From: a virus
Virus record (IMG/VR): IMGVR_UViG_3300030202_003282
Span: 52,754 to 116,753 of that record
Length of the DNA stretch: 64,000 bases
Direction: 5' to 3' (one strand)
Shown: piece by piece, positions 41,951 through 49,854 of the stretch
Numbering within the stretch: the first letter of the stretch is position 1
Layout of the letters: each line of letters starts with the position of its first letter
Translations under genes and position numbers: made by a program
Notes under the pieces: model-generated
What the model saw: the letters and a program-made list of their open reading frames with translations, nothing else
Database searches by the model: none
What the model was told of the DNA's origin: nothing

Positions 41951-42556
41951 TTATAGATCAAAGTCTTGAGAAGAATCTTCATCTTCTAATACTAAATCAT
42001 CACCTGCATCTTCCATTACTTCTTCAGTAACTTCAGCTGTTGGTTCTTGTTTAGCTTTCTTTGAGGATTTTTTTCCTTTTTCTACAGCTTTATCAAATTC
42101 ATCAGCTGCTATATCATTAGCACCTGAAGTACTTGAGTTAGCTTCTCTGATTGCTTGTCCATTTGCATGTGCAACTAATGTATCTTCTATAGATCCAGTT
42201 CCATCATACATAGTTTTTCTGTATATTGGTTCACCATCAGCATTACAGCAAATAATACCTGTTTCACCAGCTATTTTAAGATCTCTATCTGGATCTGATT
42301 CACTGAAAGGTGCAATTTGTTCTTGAATTACTATATTTCCGGATAATTCTTTTTCATTTTGAATACCCATAGCTTCTAAATCTTCTACTTTACCATGAAG
42401 TAATGTACTAAGATTTGTTTTTTTTACCCAGCCAGTAGCTGTAAATGTTACTTTTGTTTGTGTCAATCTAACATGTCCGAATTCTGGATTGTTTTTTGAC
42501 ACTCTGATTACTGCACCTAAATCATTAGGCACGATTTGAACTTTAGCTTTTTGCAT
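41951..42556 (-). CDS. Hypothetical protein with an acidic tail (second SSB-like candidate)
   Basis: Beta-rich N-terminus; C-terminus 'EDEDSSQDFDL'. Confidence 0.55.
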   Translation of the reverse strand: MQKAKVQIVPNDLGAVIRVSKNNPEFGHVRLTQTKVTFTATGWVKKTNLSTLLHGKVEDLEAMGIQNEKELSGNIVIQEQIAPFSESDPDRDLKIAGETGIICCNADGEPIYRKTMYDGTGSIEDTLVAHANGQAIREANSSTSGANDIAADEFDKAVEKGKKSSKKAKQEPTAEVTEEVMEDAGDDLVLEDEDSSQDFDL

Positions 42557-42599
42557 TTTTTAAAGTTTAATAAAGGTTAATAAAATAATTGATTGATTG

Positions 42600-42872
42600 C
42601 TAATCTTGATCATAAAAATCAGCATCATTTAACTTGTCAGCTTCATCTAGTTCATCCAATCTAGGCTCATATTCATGTTTTTCTTCTTGAGCTTCAATTG
42701 TATCAGACTTAGTTGACGATCTTTTAGCAAAACTAAAAGCATTAGGATTGTGACAATCACTAGTATAAGCAGATCCCAAACCATTTAATTCATTTATCTC
42801 CTCTTCACTCATAGAGAGAAATTGTTCAAGAGATAATTCAATAATTCTTCCGTTTGGTAATTGATAAATCAT
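42600..42872 (-). CDS. Acidic hypothetical protein
   Basis: 'MIYQLPNGRIIELSLEQFL' followed by an acidic tail. Confidence 0.6.
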   Translation of the reverse strand: MIYQLPNGRIIELSLEQFLSMSEEEINELNGLGSAYTSDCHNPNAFSFAKRSSTKSDTIEAQEEKHEYEPRLDELDEADKLNDADFYDQD

Positions 42873-42977
42873 TTGTTAAAAAATAATTTTAAAAATAATT
42901 AAATCTTTACACTTTATACGGATAAAAAATTTTAAATGTTTAGGATTTGTAAAAATAAATAGCATAACTATAGCTAT

Positions 42978-43226
42978 CTACACTAAAAAGATTTTTCCAT
43001 TTGATCTTTTAATGTATTTATGGTCTTTTAATTCAGCTATTTTTCTTGAAACAGTGCGTTGACTAACATCTGCTAAATCAGCAATAGTGCTGATAGATGG
43101 ATAACAACTCCTGTTTTTGTCTGCAAATAAACAAAGTATAGCATATATACCTTTTGCTTGCAATGTTATACTTGGATCAGACATGACTTTATAAGAAATT
43201 ATACCAAATCTAACTTTCTTCCCCAT
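42978..43226 (-). CDS. Helix-turn-helix (HTH_36-like) DNA-binding protein
   Basis: 'AKGIYAIL...CYPSISTIA..ADVSQRTVSRKIAEL'. Confidence 0.8.
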   Translation of the reverse strand: MGKKVRFGIISYKVMSDPSITLQAKGIYAILCLFADKNRSCYPSISTIADLADVSQRTVSRKIAELKDHKYIKRSNGKIFLV

Positions 43227-43716
43227 TAGTGAGAAATTTAAAAGGCACCTTATGTGTCTTTATTAGATCTTTTGTATAAACTGTTGTTGTATATACATGG
43301 AATTTTTTTTCTTTTACTCCATATAATTCAACTTTCATCTTCCAATAATAAGGATCAAACATCTCTATATCAGAGTTATAACTATCATCTCCTAGAATTT
43401 TACCATAGATAAAAGGTGTTGCATAGCCACCAAAATCAAATACTTTTAAAAGACTTAAATCTTCTAACTCATCAGTTGAATTACATATTTCTGTATAAGT
43501 ACTTAATGGTGTTCTAAACACATCTCCTATTTTAAATGGTTTATATTCTTTTGAAGTATGCATTAAAGTCATTATTAATTCTAATGAATTAGAATTTAAA
43601 GATCTTAATATAATGTCATTTATAACAGAACTATTTACATGATTACTTTGAAAAATAGGATCTATTATTTTACTGACGGTTTTTTTGTCAAGATTATATG
43701 ATTCAGTTTTTTTCAT
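43210..43716 (-). CDS. Hypothetical protein
   Basis: 168-aa ORF. Confidence 0.6.
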   Translation of the reverse strand: MKKTESYNLDKKTVSKIIDPIFQSNHVNSSVINDIILRSLNSNSLELIMTLMHTSKEYKPFKIGDVFRTPLSTYTEICNSTDELEDLSLLKVFDFGGYATPFIYGKILGDDSYNSDIEMFDPYYWKMKVELYGVKEKKFHVYTTTVYTKDLIKTHKVPFKFLTNGEES

Positions 43717-43862
43717 AATTATAGTTTTAAAAAAGATAAAGGGAAGGTGTAATTAAATACAAAGCCTTCCCTTTCCCACTTACTCAACCAAAACAAGTAA
43801 GATAAAATTCCTCTTCTTTTAATGTAGGTTTTAATACTGGTACTGTTAGTATGACACTGGTG

Positions 43863-44594
43863 TCACTCAAAAAACCTATCATCTAATTCAAGATTTAAAT
43901 TCTTAAATTGATTGTGGTAAATTTCATGTTGATCAGGTGCATACCGATACATGTTTATAGAATCTTCTACTTTTCCAGCATTAATTCTATTTTCTAACAG
44001 TTTTTTACTTAATTCTTCAATAGATAATTTTTCAAGATTATGTTTAAATACTTTATATCTATGATTTAAACGATTTAACATTTCAATACTAGCAAAATGG
44101 TTATGCAAATGTAAACCAGATTTTATTTCTTTGTATTCTATATTAATTTGTAAATCATTTAATGCTGCATGTTTTATTTCAAAATTCATTGATGTATGAA
44201 TATCATTTTTATCATCAGCATGTTTATATTTAAATCTTATTCCAGGAATATTACCTATACCTATAATTTCTTCATGCATATGTTCACTTAAAGATTCAAG
44301 TTTATTTTGAAGTTTATTGGTTAACTTAATTTGTTTAACATAACAACTGTATGTTTTATTTTTATTAATCCAATATTTTTGGCTTGTATATCCACCAAAA
44401 TATGTATTAGAAAAATCTAATATTTGATCATCATCATGGTTAAGCATACTAATTCTTCCTTGATGACCTTTAAATAGTTTATTACGATCAAATTTATATA
44501 TAGCAATACTATCCATAAAATTTGATTGTCTTGGTTGATTAGATTGTTTTTGTGATTTAAAGAGTTTATTAAAGTAATATTTTAAGTTTTTCAT
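43863..44594 (-). CDS. Hypothetical protein
   Basis: 243-aa ORF. Confidence 0.6.
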   Translation of the reverse strand: MKNLKYYFNKLFKSQKQSNQPRQSNFMDSIAIYKFDRNKLFKGHQGRISMLNHDDDQILDFSNTYFGGYTSQKYWINKNKTYSCYVKQIKLTNKLQNKLESLSEHMHEEIIGIGNIPGIRFKYKHADDKNDIHTSMNFEIKHAALNDLQINIEYKEIKSGLHLHNHFASIEMLNRLNHRYKVFKHNLEKLSIEELSKKLLENRINAGKVEDSINMYRYAPDQHEIYHNQFKNLNLELDDRFFE

Positions 44595-44614
44595 TGTTTT
44601 GGTTTTAAATAAAT

Positions 44615-44647
44615 AAAAAAAAGGATTACCAGTTTCCCAGTAATCCT
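44615..44647 (-). terminator. Rho-independent terminator
   Basis: Minus strand AGGATTACTG-loop-GGTAATCC followed by a T run. Confidence 0.7.
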
Positions 44648-44662
44648 AGCTATTGTATCACA

Positions 44663-44887
44663 TTATGCGTTAATGTGCTGACGTCTTTCTTTAGTGAAAG
44701 ATTTTCTTCTTTTGGCTATACGTTCATCTTCCTTTATAACTTCAAGGATTGCTGCGCCATAGCAAAGTGAAAATAAACATGTTGTTAATATAAGCATCTT
44801 AGCAATTATATTAGCTATAAAAACTAATGTTAATATTGCTACACAAATACTTAATGCAACAATAATGAAGTGAATATTTTTTTTCAT
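44663..44887 (-). CDS. Small membrane protein
   Basis: Two TM helices and a basic tail. Confidence 0.6.
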   Translation of the reverse strand: MKKNIHFIIVALSICVAILTLVFIANIIAKMLILTTCLFSLCYGAAILEVIKEDERIAKRRKSFTKERRQHINA

Positions 44888-45234
44888 GATTTAAATTTTA
44901 GGGTTATAGTAAAATATACAAATGGTAATAATAGAATATAACTAGGTATACGATGACCTTCTTTTCCAAAGCCAAAAGCTATTCCTTTAAAACTATTAGT
45001 TTCAAATTTAATTCCAGGCAATTCTGGTAATATTCTTACATGACTTAGTTGAACTAACATAATAATTGCTACAGATATAGTAGCTATATTCATTGCAGAT
45101 ACAATGGTTATAATTAACCAATCCCATGATATGTTATTACTTAATCCTAATAATACATCAGTTATTATTACTATAACTGGTAATAATACAGTGTAAATTA
45201 ATTTAAAAATTCTCTGAGTTGTTTTCTTTTTCAT
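44884..45234 (-). CDS. Membrane protein
   Basis: Two to three TM helices. Confidence 0.6.
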   Translation of the reverse strand: MKKKTTQRIFKLIYTVLLPVIVIITDVLLGLSNNISWDWLIITIVSAMNIATISVAIIMLVQLSHVRILPELPGIKFETNSFKGIAFGFGKEGHRIPSYILLLPFVYFTITLKFKS

Positions 45235-45353
45235 CTTTTTTTATGTTTGGTTTTACGTGAATATTTCTTTTTATTTTTTTGAATTGAAGGTTTCATTGCA
45301 TTATATATTTCCTGCATAGTAACCACAATTACTTTTAATGGTTTTTTATTCAT
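45231..45353 (-). CDS. 40-aa basic peptide with an ArfA-like tail (missing from ORF track)
   Basis: MNKKPLKVIVVTMQEIYNAMKPSIQKNKKKYSRKTKHKKR; ATGA overlap with the next gene. Confidence 0.55.
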   Translation of the reverse strand: MNKKPLKVIVVTMQEIYNAMKPSIQKNKKKYSRKTKHKKR

Positions 45354-45358
45354 GACAA

Positions 45359-45502
45359 TTATTTAAATGGACATACAGCTGGACATGCTTTTGTTTGATA
45401 ACAAGATTTACTTGTAGAACATGATGTCATAACTATACATGTGAGTATTATATAAGCTATTACTGTAAAATAACAAGCATTCATAAACTTTTCTTTTTTC
45501 AT
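45359..45502 (-). CDS. Small Cys-rich lipoprotein-like peptide, 47 aa (missing from ORF track)
   Basis: Hydrophobic stretch, 'MTSC' lipobox, then 'CYQTKACPAVCPFK'. Confidence 0.55.
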   Translation of the reverse strand: MKKEKFMNACYFTVIAYIILTCIVMTSCSTSKSCYQTKACPAVCPFK

Positions 45503-45540
45503 GGTTGAAGTTTTAAGTGATTAATAAAAATTAAAGTGAG

Positions 45541-45612
45541 TGGCAGTAATAGGATTTGAACCTATCTGTACCAGATCCATCATAAGAGCTATCATTCTTA
45601 TGTGGTACTGCC
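45541..45612 (-). ncRNA. tRNA-like element (acceptor stem and T-arm, non-canonical D/anticodon region)
   Basis: GGCAGTA/TACTGCC-A acceptor stem; T-arm ATAGG-TTCAAAT-CCTAT; 72 nt. Confidence 0.6.
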
Positions 45613-45619
45613 ATATAAA

Positions 45620-46380
45620 TAAAAGGCTGAGAATGTGACCTTTTTGTTCTAAGTTTATACTTGCCATTTCTGACTCAATTCACACGATGCATTACTGCAT
45701 GTACTTAGAATACACACGGATTAAGATGTCCGCCATCACTGCTATTGTAGATATAACTTCACTTTCAAACTAACTTCCCTGGAAGGATTAGGAGAGAACC
45801 ACCTCTCTTAGATAAATTTTACTAGATTCATTTACATTAGGCCTTGCGAGCTTTATCTGCACCTGTATATTACAACAGGATAAGTGTATTGTTGGGGTGT
45901 TTCCCACATACAATAGCCTTTACGTTAATTATGCTTTTAGTTATTGAACATTTTGGCGTTCTTTAAAAGGATTCAGGTTATTAGTAGAAGACACGTAAAG
46001 TTTATATAATCATGCCAGCTTTTGACCGGTTTAGACTATAACTTCTACTTACTTTCATGGGCCTCCCCATTAATCATTGTTTTAAATCTATTGTCACAGT
46101 ATTTCTACTAGCAACTAGATAAAATTCTAATAACAGCTTTTGATCCGGTGAGATCATACTACCATTACCTATCATAACGCTTATTGATGTTTCCATCTCA
46201 ACAACCAGCCTGTCTGATTGTCTATGCTACTGTATCACCTCAAGAGGATTTGATACACCATAACATAGATGTTACGATACCTTTCCGTGAAATGCATTGC
46301 TGCATCAGAGAGTTTATTCCATATTCAACTCTCTTTTATCCCATTGCTGGTTTATCCTTATGGCCACGAAGGCTGACCAA
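45620..46380 (-). ncRNA. Large, highly structured non-coding RNA candidate
   Basis: No credible ORF; many nested and long-range stems; GNRA tetraloops on the minus strand. Confidence 0.65.
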
Positions 46381-46488
46381 TACTTTTTAATAACAATTTC
46401 TAGGCACAAATAATGCTATACTAAATGTCATAACGACTTATATCTTACTTGGCTATAGGCTCTTTTATTTAACTGCCTAGAATTATTA

Positions 46489-46683
46489 TTATATTCCTTG
46501 TTCAAAATCATTAAGTTCATTGAACATATGATCCATTGCTGCTTCTTCAAAGCAAGTTTCTATATTACCCATCTTGGGTTTTGTTTCTATATCATCTTTG
46601 CATAGTTGTGTTAATGCTCTTTCAGGTGTGACATAACCTTCACTTACATCTTTCAGTAAGTTGTATGTTTGTTTTACAGTCAT
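46489..46683 (-). CDS. Hypothetical protein
   Basis: Likely start MTVKQ at 46683. Confidence 0.5.
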   Translation of the reverse strand: MTVKQTYNLLKDVSEGYVTPERALTQLCKDDIETKPKMGNIETCFEEAAMDHMFNELNDFEQGI

Positions 46684-46693
46684 ATAATTGTTT

Positions 46694-46972
46694 TTAAATA
46701 TTAGTAAGTACGTATCTTTTACGCTTAGACACGCAATCAAATATGCATAGTATTTTTTTTACTATAACATTAGTTGCTGTTTTATTAGGTTCTGTGATTA
46801 ATAATATGATGTCTTCATTATTACTTTCATCTACATATCCAATCTTATGTTTATCTAACATATCTTTTACGATATCATAAACTGTTTCTGCATAGTTATA
46901 AGCAACGAAGTGATCATTATTTCCTCTTGTCATTAAACTGTGAGGATAAATTTTTAATTCAAATGTTTCCAT
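46694..46972 (-). CDS. Hypothetical protein
   Basis: Likely start METFELK at 46972, after an A/C-rich leader. Confidence 0.55.
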   Translation of the reverse strand: METFELKIYPHSLMTRGNNDHFVAYNYAETVYDIVKDMLDKHKIGYVDESNNEDIILLITEPNKTATNVIVKKILCIFDCVSKRKRYVLTNI

Positions 46973-47010
46973 TGTTTTAGTTTTTGGTTGAGTTAATAAA
47001 ATAATAAATC

Positions 47011-47480
47011 TAGCCAGGTTGTATAGGTTCTGCACTACAATTTAAGTGACTCACTGCTGAACTCATAACGTGTCGGTCCCACCACTATAGCAACCTGACT
47101 AATTAATAATGACAAGGCAAAATACGTTAAAATCCTTGTCTGTGCAATTTTATCCATTACCCTCAACATATCTCTATGTATCCTGGTCTGCAATTTGTGA
47201 GTCCGTTTATTAAACCAGTTATTATCTCACATTTGCTTATTAAACACTCTTAGGTGATAATAAGAAGCCGGCTCTGTAATATTTTGCAGGTCACATGGAG
47301 CTCAAGAATTAAGAGGAGCTACCTCAACTTGAATACAATCAGAATCCTGTCTTTATAATTTCTGGTGGACCCCATGTGATTAATATCTTAAGCAGTTTTG
47401 ATTCATGCTTAGGAACCCACTCAACCACAAGATTCCGGATACCAATATGCTTATCCTGTATATAGAGAACATACATAGGA
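47011..47480. ncRNA. Second structured non-coding region (at least two elements)
   Basis: Multiple inverted repeats; no ORF. Confidence 0.5.
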
Positions 47481-47668
47481 AGAACAAAAGGTATTAAGTC
47501 TGTTTGTTTTAATTATAGTATCAGTGATAGCTATATTAATTATTACTGTGGTTGTAGTAAATATGGTGGTGATTAGTGGAAGAATGTGGTGTATGTGACC
47601 TCACTCTTAAAGATACACGCACAAATAAATAAAAATGTGCGTGCAATTAAAGAAGTTGGTGGTAAATA

Positions 47669-47866
47669 CTATGGTTTACCCTGACGTAACACTATTTTGT
47701 TAAGTCTTCTTGTCTCTTTAGTGTTGAGAAGTCTTTGAGACACTAGGTTTTGACCTATATAGTAGTTATAGTCAGTGTCCATGTCTTGTGCTATTTCTTT
47801 TACATATGCACTAATATCTCTTAATGCTATGTATTGTGCTGATCTGTATGTTTTCTTTTGTGCCAT
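47669..47866 (-). CDS. Hypothetical early protein
   Basis: Likely start MAQKKTY at 47866. Confidence 0.55.
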   Translation of the reverse strand: MAQKKTYRSAQYIALRDISAYVKEIAQDMDTDYNYYIGQNLVSQRLLNTKETRRLNKIVLRQGKP

Positions 47867-47951
47867 TGTTGTGGTTTTAGAGTGGTTAATAAGAAGTGCA
47901 CTGCCACAATTAAGTAGCAATGCACAGTAAGAATCAGAAACCCATTGAAGC

Positions 47952-48323
47952 TTATGCTTCAACAGGTAGGGCTGGATATAATCCAGTCTCCTTGAGAGTC
48001 TCTCTATCTAAGATAGGGTTAGACTTGTCAAGGTAGAATCCTTGCACAGGCGTGCCTTGTGCTAAAGGTTTCTTTTGCATTTTGGCAAACTCCGTGCTTC
48101 TGCTAAGGATTTTCTTGCCGTTAATCTTTAGATTAAGGGTGCCATATACAAGCTCACGCTTGTTGTCCGTTTCAAAAGATATTCCTTGAAACTTTGTTTC
48201 TTGGACTTTTGCAGGACTTTCTGTAAGCATAATGGTTACAGGTACACCATCCGGATAGTTCTTTCTATCAGCATGGTTCTTCTTATCATAAGCATAAGAA
48301 TAAAAATAGAGTGTTTCAGTCAT
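47952..48323 (-). CDS. Hypothetical protein; first gene of the leftward transcription unit
   Basis: 123 aa; visibly more GC-rich than the bulk of the window. Confidence 0.65.
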   Translation of the reverse strand: MTETLYFYSYAYDKKNHADRKNYPDGVPVTIMLTESPAKVQETKFQGISFETDNKRELVYGTLNLKINGKKILSRSTEFAKMQKKPLAQGTPVQGFYLDKSNPILDRETLKETGLYPALPVEA

Positions 48324-48532
48324 TTTTTTTCATTTAAAGGTTAAACATTGGGGGCCAACAGTGGCCGGGTTTTAGCTGGGGAGCAGAACATTAGAACCTT
48401 ATTACAATGCCAAACACACAATTTTTTACTAGGGGGGATAAATTTTTTTAAATAATTGGTGGGGGAATAAGTTGAATGTGTGAGACAAATTCAGTATATT
48501 ATTGTATAGAGATATTCATTTAACATACACAC

Positions 48533-48838
48533 ATGGAAGAACCTAATGAAGAAAATAGTGAGCTATCAAAGCTAACTGAAATGGAAATCTTATTGTTAGA
48601 ACAAGAGTTATTAGCCATGGCGTATGAGAACTCTTATCTCCTTATAACTGATAAGACTACCTTTGAGGATTTATTGGTTACTAAGCATAAGTCTGGTAAC
48701 TCAGCTATTCTAGCTCATGACCCTCATTTAGATCTTAACAAAGGTGAAGTGGAAAATATTATTGATCATTTTATTGATTTAGAAGAATATGAGAAATGCC
48801 AGGAATTAAAAGATGTAATAGATGTTGAGTGTAAATGA
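48533..48838 (+). CDS. Hypothetical protein with a C-terminal UVR-like motif
   Basis: 'IIDHFIDLEEYEKCQELKD'. Confidence 0.65.
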   Translation: MEEPNEENSELSKLTEMEILLLEQELLAMAYENSYLLITDKTTFEDLLVTKHKSGNSAILAHDPHLDLNKGEVENIIDHFIDLEEYEKCQELKDVIDVECK

Positions 48839-49361
48839 AATCTGGTCAACAAAAGTTGAAGAAAAAATCTGGACTTCAGGAAAAAACTCTAATTCATTAT
48901 ATGGTGAAATCACCGAAATGGGAGCTATAGATATAATAGATTTTCTTAAACCCACAAAAGATGATGTAATATTAGATATTGGTTCTGGGACTGGTAGACT
49001 CTGTGCTCATCTTGCCGTAGAAACGGATGCAACCGTAATAGGCGTTGAGATGATAGAAGTAAGATATAAAGAAGCCATAAGAATGTTCGGTGAATATGGT
49101 TTAGATAATTTAAAATATAAGCTTGGATCTTACCCAATAAAATTAGAAAAGAATCCAACTATAGTAATTATACATGGTTGTGGCTTTGATAAAGAAAGCA
49201 TAAATAAAATTTGGAACGCATTGCCTTATGGCGTAAGAGTATTACACAATACTGCTAAAAGTAAAATCTTTGACAGGCTTGCAGAAAAGAAAAAAGTAGA
49301 AATAGACGTAAGTTATCTATCAAAATTTGGAGCTACGTTTATTTATGGTGTAAAAAAATAA
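48822..49361 (+). CDS. DOT1-like class I SAM-dependent methyltransferase
   Basis: 'LYGEIT...DVILDIGSGTGRL...GVEMIEVRY'. Confidence 0.75.
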   Translation: MLSVNEIWSTKVEEKIWTSGKNSNSLYGEITEMGAIDIIDFLKPTKDDVILDIGSGTGRLCAHLAVETDATVIGVEMIEVRYKEAIRMFGEYGLDNLKYKLGSYPIKLEKNPTIVIIHGCGFDKESINKIWNALPYGVRVLHNTAKSKIFDRLAEKKKVEIDVSYLSKFGATFIYGVKK

Positions 49362-49539
49362 TTTTATGGAACATATACCAGACATAACAATAACATCTTG
49401 GGCATTAAGTATAATCGTAATGTTTTATATAGTTTACAAAAAAGGTAAACAAAATTAAATCCAATAAACTTTTAGTATTTAAACTTATTTTATATATATT
49501 TGTGATAATAACAATTATATTAATTTAAAAACCAATATT

Positions 49540-49854
49540 ATGGAAAACGTTGTTGACAATGTAGAGAACACTACAAAAGAAGCTCCTGAACTAACACCAC
49601 AACAGTTAGAAGAAAAAAGAGCAGAGATTTCAAAATTTTACAAAGACAATATCAAACATTTAAAAGTGCAATTAGAGTATGAAACTCTATTATGTGATAT
49701 TGAAAAAAGAAGAGCAGAAAGAACGCAAGCTCAAATGTTTATGGTGCAGGCACAAGCTGCAGCTAATGGGCAACAAAACCCAAATGCAGAACAAATGTCT
49801 GAAGAATTTGAGCAAGCCATGAAAGAAGGAAGGACTCTCAAACGCACTAAGTAA
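49540..49854 (+). CDS. Hypothetical coiled-coil protein
   Basis: TATATTTG element just upstream (~49495-49502). Confidence 0.65.
   Translation: MENVVDNVENTTKEAPELTPQQLEEKRAEISKFYKDNIKHLKVQLEYETLLCDIEKRRAERTQAQMFMVQAQAAANGQQNPNAEQMSEEFEQAMKEGRTLKRTK

Noticed and set aside
46029-46047. Minus-strand AAGTTATAGTCT resembles the group I intron S element (AAGAUAUAGUC)
   Set aside because: No matching R element (GACUA) upstream to form P7, and no interrupted host gene.
46184-46390. 68-aa plus-strand ORF in the track
   Set aside because: Non-ATG start, opposite to the local gene direction, and it overlaps dense RNA stems; probably spurious.
47261-47278. Minus-strand ACAGAGCCGGCTT resembles the RNase P RNA 3' consensus
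   Set aside because: The 5' GAGGAAAGUCC half of P4 is absent.
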